A DNA stretch of 64,000 nucleotides, from NCBI RefSeq assembly GCF_009914755.1, contig NC_060931.1. One strand, 5' to 3'. The position numbers were made by a program, and so were the translations under genes. Below are positions 1 through 14,661 of this stretch, piece by piece. The notes beneath the pieces were generated by a model, which saw nothing but the letters and a program-made list of their open reading frames with translations, made no database searches and was not told where the DNA came from. This stretch comes from the human T2T-CHM13v2.0 reference genome, Homo sapiens. Position 1 is the first letter of the stretch. Each line of letters starts with the position of its first letter.

Positions 1-98
1 TCAACCAGAGAGGTGGAGGTTGCAGTGAGCCAAGGTGCCACTGCACTCCAGCCTGGGTGACAGAGCGAGACTCCATCTCAAAAAAATAAATAAATAAA
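1..98 (+). mobile_element. Alu, 3' end of right arm with A-tail (cut by window edge)
   Basis: GGAGGTTGCAGTGAGCC...CACTGCACTCCAGCCTGGGTGACAGAGCGAGACTCCATCTC followed by an A/TAAA tail. Confidence 0.95.
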
Positions 99-129
99 GT
101 TCAAAACTCACTAAAATTATCTCAAAAAG

Positions 130-725
130 AAGAGAAATTTGAAAAGTAGTTTGTTCAAAAAATAAGAAATTTGTTAAAATTTTCCCACAAAAATTTATTT
201 CAAACTGAAATAATTTTCTGGGCAATTCTATGAAACATTCAAGACACAAGTAAATTAAAATTCCCAAAATTATTTTATATTTGAGAAAAATGGGGTAACA
301 TTTTCTCACTCATTTTATGAGACTGGCATACTCTTGATATGGTAACTCGCAAAGGCATAAGGAAGAAAATAACAATCTGATCACCCTTATGAACATGGAG
401 AAGAAAATCTTGAATAAAATAGTATCACACCAAGTTCCATAGTGTGTTAAGAAAGATCAAACATAAAGACCAAATTAGATTTACCTCAAGATTGCAAGGT
501 TGGCTTAACACTTGAAAGTAAATGTATATAATTTGCCTTATTAGCAGGAATGATGGTATGAACAAAGGCAGAAGAAACATTTAATGAGGTGCAACATATC
601 TTAATGATAAAAAAGCAGCTAAATAGTAAGGGAAGACACCTTTTAAAATTTGATAAAGAATATCTCTCTCCATAAAGAATACTCTAACAAAATGACATTT
701 CATGGTAAAAAGTGAAAAGCATTTT
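130..725 (+). mobile_element. Old L1M ORF2 fragment, degraded
   Basis: A-rich strand. CTCATTTTATGAGACTGGCATA and TTGCAAGGTTGGCTTAAC resemble L1 ORF2 RT-region sequence (compare the young L1 at 39420-39625). Confidence 0.55.
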
Positions 726-784
726 TTTTGTTGTTGTTAAAAAGATTTTATTTAGTTATTATTTACACAGAGTGAAATGAATAA

Positions 785-1230
<446 letters not shown>

Positions 1231-1664
1231 CACCCAGATCAAGGTATAGAATATTTTTCCCAGTTTTGTAGTTCTTTGTCAGGAAAGAGGGTCATCAGTT
1301 GCTCCCTCTTGGCCAAAAGCTAAAGTCTTTATGGTGTCCATTGATGAGCAAAATTTATTAGTTTATTAGCCTTGTGGCTTGTAATGAAAAAGAAAAAAAT
1401 ATTTGAAACTTATTAGTTTAAATGTAGTCTAATTTATCAATTTTTTCTTTAATTTTTTAATGGTGAAATGTTTATGTTTAATTTATATTTAATATATCTT
1501 ATAGTTTATGACTTTTATGTCCTGTTTAATAAACATTTTTCTAACTCTAGGTCATGAGGATATCATCCTCTGTAGTCTCTCAAAATAATATTTTGACCTT
1601 TCACCGTTAAGTCTATGATCCATGTCTAATTGTGTGTGTGTGTGTGTGGTATAAAGTAGGATTT

Positions 1665-1990
1665 TTCATAATGACAAAAACAATGGCAGTACATTTATTA
1701 ATGGTAAAATTTGGAAATAAATTTTGCTGTTTGTACAATGAAATACTGCACAAAAGTGCAAATTGATGAACTATTTCAAAAAGAATCAATGGATAAACAC
1801 CATAAATACAGCCCTGAACAGAAGAAACCAGTCACAGAATAATATATATGTTACAGTTTCATTTTTAAAGTTCTAGGGCAGGCAAAACTGAGCAATACAG
1901 TTACAGCTACAAAAACACTCTCAATAAAATAAAATGATTACCACTGATTTCAGAAAACGATTGCTGGGGACATGAAGTAGCAATAGCAGA
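1665..1990 (+). mobile_element. Old L1M (L1ME-like) 3' UTR fragment
   Basis: GAAGAAACCAGTCACAGAATAATATATATG...GGCAGGCAAAACTG resembles L1ME 3' ends. Confidence 0.5.
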
Positions 1991-2745
1991 ATCTCATACA
2001 GGAGTCAATTAAGACATGGCTCCTAATCTGTATCTCAAACTAGATGGCTGTGTGTTTTTCTCTTTGTGTATGGATACCTACGATTGTAAACAAGATTTTT
2101 TTTTTCAACAAAAACACATCGAAGGAAAAATTTAGTGACAAGTGAACAAAAGCATATAATCACATTTAAAGTTGGTTTGAAAATAAATTTTGTAGAATTG
2201 GTTTTGTTTCTTTGTCTTTTGTTATCAGCATCTGAAAACATGCATTGGTCCTTTCTTTCGGTAGAACAATTTTTTTCCACTTATTCCATGAGTCTTTCAG
2301 GTAAGGAAGATCTAAATTTGCAGAACCTTTCGTGGCATATTATTGCAGTAATAAGAAGACAAAGAAGAGAGTGGTTTTCAGTAATTAAAAGAGCTCTGTA
2401 TTTCTACAGAAGTAGCCTGGGCAAGCCTGCTTCTTACAAGTTCAGAAGCCCAAAGGCACTAACATTGAATTATATCAGCCTCTGGCATATATAACACTTT
2501 CCAATCCAGAGTCTCAATCTCCTCAACTTTGAAATTAATTACATTTAATGCTTTATTGAGTTTTTCAATTACTGGTCATTCCTGGCCAAGACTCTTCTCT
2601 TGCATTTCTAGTATGATATCATTCCTTTGTTTTTTAAATGAGGAGAAATTGGCACCTGTTTTTCTTTTCTCATTAATTTGAATAAGAAGCTGATTTCTGG
2701 TTACTCTGAAATTAAAATCACTTCTTAAAACAGCATGCTCTATTT

Positions 2746-2922
2746 CAGTAGTTCTAAAACATTGCTGAACTTTACAGTCACATTGCGGTTTGAAAAATAC
2801 TGATGGCTGGATCTCACCCCAAGAAAATCAAATGTAATTAGTCTGGGATGTGAAAAGGCCTGAGGATTTTTGAGAGGGAAATAAGGGTTTTCAATATGCA
2901 CTAAACTTTGAGAATTACTGCT
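2746..2922. mobile_element. MER5-like hAT DNA transposon remnant
   Basis: CAGTAGTTCTAAAAC...TTTGAGAATTACTG imperfect terminal inverted repeats, about 180 bp. Confidence 0.55.
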
Positions 2923-3362
2923 CTTCATCATTCTTTCCAATATCTGCTTATGGATGTAGCTTATTTTTCAAGTAAATCAACAAATAATTATCCTTGCTAA
3001 TGTGCAGTTATTACATTTTGGTATTAAAAATAAATAAGCAGATATTAGAATAAAATCACCTTGTCTTTCCCAAACGCAGGTATCATTTAGTATTTGCAAA
3101 CTTTTATTTTATTTGTTTCCAATCCAAGGAGACACGACCCTTTTTAGTACAGAAATTTTAATTTGTAGTTTTTGAGTTATTGGAAGTCAGACAATATACT
3201 GACATATTATGTAGTTAACAAGTAACTCTTAATGTTGGTCAGAATCCTTCTATGTAGTTAAAAAAACTTGTAACTTAGATTAGTACTGGCCCTTCATATT
3301 TTGCAGGAGAGTGTATGAATGCAGTCAAATCTGGGAAGTCAAACCATAAAATCCAAGGAATT

Positions 3363-4225
<863 letters not shown>

Positions 4226-6127
4226 TTTTGGTGACCCAAATGGGACCATCACCTATCGCCAAGTGGTGAGTATCACTGGACCCTTTTTGCTTACTATTCT
4301 GTCCTATTTTTCCTTAGAATTTGGGGGCTGAATACTGGGCACCTGTCTGCCAGTTAAAAGCAACTAGCATGGCTGCCAGACTAAAGACATGGGTATCAGG
4401 CTTTCTGGCAAAGGGCTCTCTAACAACCCCCGACTCTTCAGAGTTGGGAGCGTTGGTTTGCCTGGAACCAGCTTCTGCTTTTCCTGTACTTTTGGGCTGA
4501 GCCGAGAGTCGACAGAGAGGAAAGCCATTCAGCTCCGGGGTCCCAACAATAAGTTGGTTGACCCTGTGGCCATGAGTGGAACTCTCAAAGGCATGTCACC
4601 CAAGTGAGACTTCCCATCTATCCTATCTATCCAGACCCTTGCCTCCTGGGTCCTAATGCCTGCCAGACAAACTTCCTCTTGCCTCTCTCCTCCAAGACTA
4701 GCCCCACTTCTAGAAACCGCTCCCTGTCTCTGGTGCTTTTCTAGTTTCTCTTATAAGAATGATTTCTAGTATAAACTTCAGGATTCTGTTACCTTCTTTA
4801 GGCACCTGGGCTCACCAATCAGAAAGACATAATTTTTGCCCAAAGCCCCATTGTAGGGGGGACTATTTGGAATTTTAGGGTCCCTCCTCAGACAAGCAGG
4901 CCTAACAAAAGCTATTCCTGAAGCTAGGATATGGGGAGCCTCAGATATCATATCCTTCCTATTCATATAACTGAGGACAAAAGGTGTCACTCTTCCAACT
5001 CTGGAGATCCCTCCCCTCCCTCAGGTTATGGCCCTCCACTTCATTTTTGGGGCATAACATCTTTGTAGGACATGGATAAGGTCCCAGTACTAACAGGAGA
5101 ATGCTTAGGATTCTAACAGGCTTTCAAGAATGCATTGGTAAAGGCCACTAAATCCAATTTTTCTCAGTCCTCTTTGTGGTCTAGGAGGACAGGCAAGGGT
5201 GCAGGGTTTTGAGAATGCGTCAGTAAGGGCCACTAAATCTGACCTTCCTCAGTCCTCCCTGCGGTCTGGGAGGAAAACTGGTATTTCTGCTGCTGCTGCG
5301 TTGGTGAGCGCAACTTTTCTGATCAGCAGGGTTCAGGGAGCGTTGCGGGTTCTTGGGCAGGGGGAGAAGCAAAACAGACCAAAATCATGGGCGGTTTTGT
5401 CTTTCAGATGGGATATACTCAGGCATCAACAGGCTCACCCTTGAAATGCATCCTAAGCCACTGGGAGAAATTTGACCTGCAAGCCCTGAAAAACAGGCAG
5501 CTCATTTTTTTCTGCACTATGGCCTGGCCCCAATATTCTCTCTCTGATGGGGAAAAAGGGCCACCTGAGGGAAGTACAAATTATAATACTATCCTGCAGC
5601 TTGATGTTTTCTGTAAGAGGGAAGGCAAATGGAATGAAATACCTTATGTACAAGCTTTCTTTTCATTGAAGGAGAATACACAACTATGCAAAGCTTGCAA
5701 TTTACATCCCACAGGAGGACCTCTCAGCTTACCCCCATATCCTAGCCTCCCTATGGCTCCCCTTCTTATTAATGATAATCCTCTAATCTCCCCCACCCAG
5801 ATGGAAATAAGCAAAGAAATCTCCAAAGGACCACAAAACCCCCTGGGCTATCAGTTATGTCCCCTTCAAGCTGTAAGGGGAGAGGAATTTGGCCCAACCT
5901 GGGTACATGTCCCCTTCTCCCTCTCTGATTTAAAGCAGATCAGGGAAGACCTGGGGAAGTTTTCAGATGATCCTGATAGGTACATAGATGTCCTACAGGG
6001 TCTAGGACAAACCTTCGATCTCACTTGGAGAGATGTCATGCTATTGTTAGATCAAATCCTGGCCTTTAGTGAAAAGAATGTGGCTTTAGCTGCAGCCTGA
6101 GAGTTTGGAGATACTTGGTATCTTAGT
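4226..6127 (+). mobile_element. HERV9 internal region (leader plus 5' gag), 3'-truncated
   Basis: Follows the LTR12; leader repeats GAATGC..TAAGGGCCACTAAATC; gag ORF; ends abruptly at an Alu fragment. Confidence 0.88.
5408..6100 (+). pseudogene. gag: HERV9 gag N-terminal ORF (MA to start of CA), 230 aa
   Basis: [19 protein letters not shown]...[12 protein letters not shown]...[25 protein letters not shown]...[13 protein letters not shown]...[25 protein letters not shown], typical of HERV9/HERV-W Gag. Confidence 0.88.
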
Positions 6128-6229
6128 TGCTATGTTGGCCAGGCTTGTCTCGAACTCCTGACCTCAGGTGATCCACCGTCCAGCCTCCCAAAGTGCTGGG
6201 ATTACATGCATGAGCCACCGCACCTGGCT
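6128..6229 (-). mobile_element. Alu left-arm fragment (5' ~100 bp only)
   Basis: ATGTTGGCCAGGCTTGTCTCGAACTCCTGACCTCAGGTGATCC...CACCTGGC; no linker, right arm or tail. Confidence 0.9.
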
Positions 6230-6269
6230 GAGGATTTTTTAAAAATAGTTTTTAAGATTGTTTTTTCAC

Positions 6270-7270
6270 TTCTCGGTTTTCACTTTGAGATAATTGTAGA
6301 TTCAGGTGGTCACAAGAAATAACATTGAGGGATCACATGTAGTCTTTACCCAGTTTCTCCTAATGTAATATTTCACAAACCATAATACAATAGTGCTCAC
6401 AGGAAATTGATATTGAAACACTTTTCTTGCCTTTTTTAGATTGTACCAATCTTTCAAATACTTCTGTGTATGTAGTTTGTGTTTTGGTGTACCTGTGTTC
6501 TGTGCAATTTTATCAAATGTGTAGATTCCTTTGATTACCACAGTTAAGAAACAGAATATTTCCATCATCAACAGTCTCCCATGCTTCCGTCAACCCTGGC
6601 AACCCATAATCTTTTCTCTATGTCTATAATTTTGTCATTTCTAGAATGTTATGTAGATAGAATCACATAGTATGTAACCTTTTAGAAATTTGCACTTATT
6701 TTTAACTTGGCATAATTCCCTTGAGATACATCTAAGTTTTTTTGTCTATCAATTGTTACTTGCTTTTATTGCCAAGTGGGTTTTCGTGGTATGAATGTAC
6801 CACTGTTCAACAAGTAATCATATCTTGTAGGATATGTGAGTTGTTGCCACTTTTAGTTATTAAACGTAAAGGTATTGTGAACATTATGCACAGGTTTTTG
6901 TATAAATATAATTTTTCATTTCACTGAGATAAATGTCCAAGTGGGAAATTTCTGGGTTGCTCATTTACTTTGTCAGAAAGTACCATACACTCTTTCAGAG
7001 TGGCTGTAAACATATGGGTTATCCAGTTTCTCAGCATCCTTGACAGAATTATGGTATTTTGATCAAAATACTTTATATGTTAGCATTCTGATTAGGTATG
7101 TTGTGATATCTAATACAATTTTAATGTTTTAAATTCATCAAATTGTTTTAATTTTGATTTTTCAAAATAGCAAATGATTGTGAACATATTTTCATGTTTA
7201 CTTATGTATATCCTCTTTGGTGAAATGTCTCATCAGGTTTTCTGAACATTTTCTAATTTTATTGTTTGTA
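6270..7270 (-). mobile_element. L1MC/MD-like 3' end
   Basis: TTTGAGATAATTGTAGATTCA...CTTTACCCAGTTTCTCCTAATG...CAGGAAATTGATATTG. Confidence 0.75.
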
Positions 7271-7904
7271 TGTTTGCTTGCTTACTGTTGCGAGAGTATT
7301 TACTAGTATTTTACCTACTTTATATAATTTCTAAAATTTATATGGGAGTTTGTGAAATGGATTTTAAATATCTAATTTATCAAGATAAAAATACATTTTT
7401 AAAAATTAAACTCCACCATCTGGTAGGCTTTTTTTCTGTAAACTTTGAATGATTGCAAGCAAATGTCTGTGTATATACACATATATATATATAAATGTCT
7501 ATATATATGATATATATACTATATATATACATAAAATAAATGTATCAGGTGCATTGGGAGGTACTGTTTTATGTTACCACAATTCATGCTAATTAGTAGC
7601 ACACAATCACTGAAAACTGTAGTTAGAATGCTATTGCTTTCTTTAATGAGCTCTAGTTTATTATTATTATTAATGCTGCTTTGATAGGCTTTATTTATGA
7701 ATAACCTATAGGGTTTATTGGTCAAATGTAGTGTTTCTAATGAGAATTATGGAATTGATTTTTCTCCTCAGTTTTTGTTGTTATTGTTGAGAGTATCACT
7801 ATGGCTAGGTAAATATCTACCCCCTAGATTCCCCAGGAGTTAGGGATAACTGTGGATACCAACTGATGACTAATTAAATAGAAGTCTAAAGGATGCCACA
7901 ATCT

Positions 7905-8216
7905 GGCCAGACGCAGTGACTCGTGCCTGTAATCCCAGCACTTTGGGAGGCCAAGGCGGGCAGATCACCTGAGGTCAGGAGTTCGAGACCAGCCTAGCCA
8001 ACATGGTGAAACCCCGTCTCTACTAAAAATACAAAAATTAGCCGGGCATGGTGGTGGGCACCTGTAATTCCAGCTACTGAGTCTCATTCCAGAGGCTGAG
8101 TCAGGAGAATCACTTGAACCCAGGAGGCAGACATTGCAGTGAGTCAAAATTGCATCACTGAACTCCAGCCTGAGCAATAGAGTGAGACTTCGTCTCAAAA
8201 AAAAAAAAAAAAAAAA
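7905..8216 (+). mobile_element. Alu (AluS-like), full length with TSD
   Basis: TSD core GCCACAATCT; CAGATCACCTGAGGTCAGGAGTTCGAG. Confidence 0.95.
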
Positions 8217-8317
8217 GCCACAATCTAATTAATTCTTCTTTCTTCAACAGCCTTACTCATTCTGAGAATTTAACACTGGATGCCAGTCAAATCTTTGATT
8301 TGATATTTAATGCCGAG

Positions 8318-9590
<1,273 letters not shown>

Positions 9591-9591
9591 T

Positions 9592-10126
9592 TGTGATGGT
9601 GATTTCTGTGTGTCAACCTGACTGGGTTAAGGAATGCCCAGATAGTTGGTATAACATTATTTCTGGGTGTATTTGTGAGGGCGTTTTCGGAAGAGATTAG
9701 CATTTGACCAGCAATAGACCAAGTAAAGAAGATTGCCCTCACCAACGAGGACAGGCATCATCCGATGTGCTGAGGACTCAAATAGAGGTAATAGGCAGGG
9801 AGGAAAGGTGAATTCACTCTCTGTGTTTGAGCTGAAATGTCTGTCTTCTCCTAGCCTCAGACACTGGCACTTCCGGTTCTCTGGCCTTCAGATTCAGACT
9901 GAATTACACCACCAGCTTTCATGAATCCCAGTCCTTCAGACTTAGACTCTGGACTTTACATCAAATTACACCACTGACTCCCCTGGCTCTCTACGTTACA
10001 TGTGCAGATCGTGGGACTTCTCAGCCTGCATCACCATATGAACCAATTCCCATTATAAGTTAAAAAAAAAACATACATATATATCTAGTGTGATTTATGT
10101 TTCTGTGAAGAAACCTTACTAATACA
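9592..10126 (+). mobile_element. MLT2 (MLT2B-like) 5' LTR of HERV-L
   Basis: TGTGATGGT...GTGTCAACCTGACTGGGTTAAGG...CTAATACA, followed by ERV-L PBS-like TGGTACCAAGAGTGG. Confidence 0.85.
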
Positions 10127-10557
10127 GATATTGGTACCAAGAGTGGTTATAAAGAAACAGAATTGTAAAAATGCATCTTAGTTGGCTCTGGGGTTTCTGG
10201 AATTGACTCTCCAATCTAATTAGATTTAAATGCATCAATAACTCTATTTCTCATAGTGAAGAGAACACTAATAGTCCATGATATAAAATGTTTATAGAGA
10301 TATTAAAATATCCACATTGAACACTCTAATAATCAACTATTAAAAGAATCAAAGAGCTAAGTGACTCTGCCTATAATACTTTCGAATTTTTTTTTCAAAA
10401 CTAAGAAATACAATGATGATGACATTGCTTGGTTGCTCCTAGTGTTACTGGACAAGGTGGTGAAAGAAAAGGATAAGCTCAAGGAATCAGATTCTCAGCT
10501 CAAGTGCCACATAAATAACCTAAGATCTTCTAGGTGTGTTTTGATTGAGAGTCTTAT

Positions 10558-12518
10558 TGTGTCCGGAATTGGTGGGTTCTTGGTCTCACTGACTTCAAGA
10601 ATGAAGCCGCGGACCCTCGCGGTGAGTGTTACAGTTCTTAAAGGCGGTGTGTCCAGAGTTTGTTACTTCTGATGTTCGGATGTGTTCAGAGTTTCTTCCT
10701 TCTGGTGGGTTCGTGGTCTCGCTGGCTCAGGAGTGAAGCTGCAGACCTTTGTGGTGAGTGTTACTGTGTCCGGAATTGGTGGGTTCTTGGTCTCACTGAC
10801 TTCCAGAATGAAGCCGCGGACCCTCGTGGTGAGTGTTACAGTTCTTAAAGGCCGCGTGTCTGGAGTTTGTTCCTTCTGATGTTCGGATGTGTTCGGAGTT
10901 TCTTCCTTCTGGTGGGCTTCGTGGTCTCGCTGGCTCAGGAGCGAAGCTGCAGACCTTCGCGGTGAGTGTTACAGCTCTTAAGGCAGCGCGTCTGGAGTTG
11001 TTCGTTCCTCCTGGTGAGTTCGTGGTCTCGCTGGCTTCAGGAGTGAAGCTGCAGACCTTTGCGGTGAGAGTTACAGCTCATAAAGGCAGCGTAGACCCAA
11101 AGAGTGAGCAGTAGCAAGATTTATTGCAAAGAGCGAAAGAACAAAGCATCCACAGTGTGGAAGGGGACCCCAGCTGGTTGCCACTGCTGGCTCCAGCAGC
11201 CTGCTTTTATTCTCTTATTTGGCCCCACCCACATCCTGCTGTTTGGTAGAGCTGAGTAGTCTGTTTTGACAGGGTGCTGACTGGTGTGTTTACAATCCCT
11301 GAGCTAGGCACAAAAGTTCTCCACATTCCCACCAGATTAGCTAGATACAGAGTGTCCACACAAAGGTTCTCCAAGTCCCCATCAGAATAGCTAGATACAG
11401 AGTGTCGATTGGTGCATTCACAAACTCTGAGCTAGACACAGGGTGCTGATTCGTGTGTTTACAAACCTTGAGCTATTTACAGACTGCCAATTGGTGTATT
11501 TACAATCCCTGAGCTAGACATAAAGGTTCTCCAAGTCCCCACCAGAGTAGCTAGATACAGAGTGTCGATTGGTGCATTCACAAACCCTGAGCTAGACACA
11601 GGGTGCTGATTGGTGTGTTTACAATCCCTTAGCTAGACATAAAGATTCTCCAAGTCCCCACCAGACTCAGGAGCCCAGCTGGCTTCACCCAGTGGATCCC
11701 GCACAAGGGCCACAGGTGGAGCTGCCTGCCAGTCCCATGCCCTGCGCCTGCACTCCTCAGCCCTTGAGCGGTTAATGGGACTGGGCGCCATGGAGCAGGG
11801 GGCAGTGGTCGTCGGGGAGGCTCAGGCCACACAGGAGCCCACGGTGGCGGGGAGGGGGGTGCAGTGGGAAGGGTGGTGGTGGGGGCGGGGGGGGTGGCGG
11901 GGTGGGGGGTGGGGGGGGTGGGGTGGGGGGGGGTGGGGGGGTGGGGTGGTGGGGGGGGTGGGGGGGGTGGGGGGTGGGGGGCGGGGGGGTGGTGGTGGGG
12001 GCAGGGAGGTGGTGGTGGTGGTGGTGGGGGGCAGGGGGTGGGGGGCGGCGGGGTGGTGGTGGGGGCAGGGAGGTGGTGGTGGTGGTGGTGGTGGTGGGAG
12101 GCTCATGCACGGTGGGCTGCAGGTCCAAAGCCCTGCCCTGCGGGGAGGCAGCTAAGGCCCACCGAGAAATCCAGCACAGCAGCTGCTGGCCCAGGTGCTA
12201 AGCCCATCACTTCCCTGGGCTTGCGGGCCGTCAGCCGCTCCAAGTGCAGGGCCCACGGAGCCCACGCCCACCCAGAACTCGCGCTGGCCCACAAGCAAGC
12301 GCTGCCTGCAGCCCCGGTTCACGCCCGCACCTCTCCCTCCACACCTTCCCACAAGCTGAGGGAGCCGGCTCTGGCCTTGGCCAGCCCAGAACGGGGTTCC
12401 CACAGTGCAGCGGTGGGCTGAAGGGCTCCTCAAGCACGGCCAGAGTGGGCGCCAAGGCCGAGGAGGCGCTGAGAGCAAGCGAGGGCTGCGAGGGCTGCCA
12501 GCATGCTGTCACCTCTCA
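10558..12518 (-). mobile_element. Solo LTR12C-like LTR with 4-bp TSD TTAT
   Basis: TGTGTCCGGAATTGGTGGG...GCTGTCACCTCTCA termini; TTAT at 10554-10557 and 12519-12522; ATTGG/AGCTAGACA tandem units at 11260-11665. Confidence 0.93.
11843..12098. repeat. G-rich low-complexity expansion (Gn-T/GGT) inside LTR12C
   Basis: About 255 bp of G-runs and GGT triplets, with very few A or C. Confidence 0.95.
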
Positions 12519-14304
12519 TTATCTTCTGTAGCTACAGGATTAAAATTAATGAAAAATCAAATAGAGTACTACAGCTTGTGATTGGATGAATTAAATTCCC
12601 AGACTTGCAAGTTAAATTCCCAGCCTCGCAGGATGTCTATCTACTGTTAATGTGAGGTGACTCTTTGGAAAAGAAAGGGGGGCAGGTAATCAGTACAATT
12701 TTAGCTCCAGTGCACCTCACAGTGGGTCCAGTCCAGTGGGTCGCCATTCTCATCCTGCGGTCATTTCTCGAGTTCTAGATGCACAACTGGAGCAGACATA
12801 TTTAGCAGCTGGCAGAACCCTTGCATGGGTCTCTTGGCCTCTAAAGTGAAGGGTACTATGGTGGGAGAGGCCAAGTGGAAACCCCTAGAACTGCCTCTAC
12901 CTAGGAATATACATAGTAAATCAGGAGCAATTGTGCATTCTCAGAGGGATGATAGAAATTAGTGCCATATCAAGGACTTGAAAGACACAGGGGTGGTGAT
13001 TCCCTCTACATTCCCACTGAGTGTTTCTGTCTGGCTTGTGCAGAAGACAGATTGGTCTTGGAGAATGACAGTGTATTATCATGAGTTTAACCAGGTGGTG
13101 ACTCCAATTGCAGTGGCTCTACTAGATGTGGTTTTATTGCTTGACCAATTACTTAGCTGATTGCCTCTTTCATCTTCATTGAGTTTTGGTACTTCATGAG
13201 TTTTGACAAATTGGTCAAATTTTTGAAGATGTCAAATTTTTGAAGATGTCAAATTTATAAGCATATGGTTATTTATAGTATTTCCTTACTATTCTTTCAG
13301 TAGCTGCAGGATGTAGTGATAGCCTCCATTTCATTCCCGAAAATAGCTATTTCTGTCTTCTTTTAATCTTTGCCAATGTTACTAAAGCTTTATCTATTTT
13401 ACTGATTTTTAAAAATGATCTTTTGGGTACATTTGTTTTCTTTATTATTTTCCTTTTCTTAATTTCACTGATTTCTGTTCTTTATTATTTCCATTTTTTT
13501 CTTTGCTTAGCGCATATTTTTTCTACTTTTCAAAGTTATTGAGGCAGGAAATTAGATTATTAACTTGAGAACTGTCCTCTTTTGCAATGTAAGCATTTGG
13601 TGTGTAACTTTTCTTCTCAACAATGCTTTATCTGTATCATACATATTTTAATATGCTATATATTTATTTTCATTCAGTTTTGTATATTTTAAAATGTATT
13701 TGAGACTGCCTTTTTGATCTATATTTTTGTTAATGTTCTAGTGTTTATTTTTTGTTTATGTTTGATTTCCAGTTTCATTCCATAATGGTCAAAGAACATT
13801 CTTAGTACAATTTTAGTTTTCCATAATTTATTGAGGTTCATTTTACAGTTCAGGATATGGTCCAACTTGGTGAATGTTATGTATTTTGAGAAAAATGTGC
13901 ATTCTGGTGTGGTTGTGTGGAGGGTTTATAAGTGTGTTTAAACCTATTGGTTGATTGTGCTGTTTGCTTCTATATCCTTGCTGATTTTCTGAATACTGGT
14001 GCTTTTAAATGCTGACAGTGAGATGTTGACATCCTCAACAATAACTAAGGATTTATCTATTTCTATTTTCATCTCTATCAAGTTTTGTCTTAAGTGTTTT
14101 GAAGCTCTGTAGTTCATCGCAAAGACATTTATAATAGAATGATTTCATTATGCCTTCTTGCTGGTTTCATCTTTTTATAATTACATGTAATTTTTTTCTA
14201 TACTCCTTTTCTTTGTTTCAGAGTCTATGGTACTTGATATTAATATGGCCACTCTTGTGAATTTTAAAAAAATACATAGCCACTTCTGTGTATTTTTTAA
14301 CTAA

Positions 14305-14661
<357 letters not shown>

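Larger units (their letters stand above)
10127..13155 (+). mobile_element. HERV-L internal 5' part (gag, deleted pro, RT start), interrupted by LTR12C
   Basis: Gag-like WLLLVLLDKVVKEKDKL; RT N-terminus KDTGVVIPSTFP..VWLVQKTDWSWRMTVYYHEFNQVVTPIA at 12978-13160. Confidence 0.85.

Noticed and set aside
11772-12531. Long Pro-, Gly- or Trp-rich ORFs on both strands
   Set aside because: They come from a stop-free G-rich tract and GC-rich LTR12 sequence; there is no gene structure
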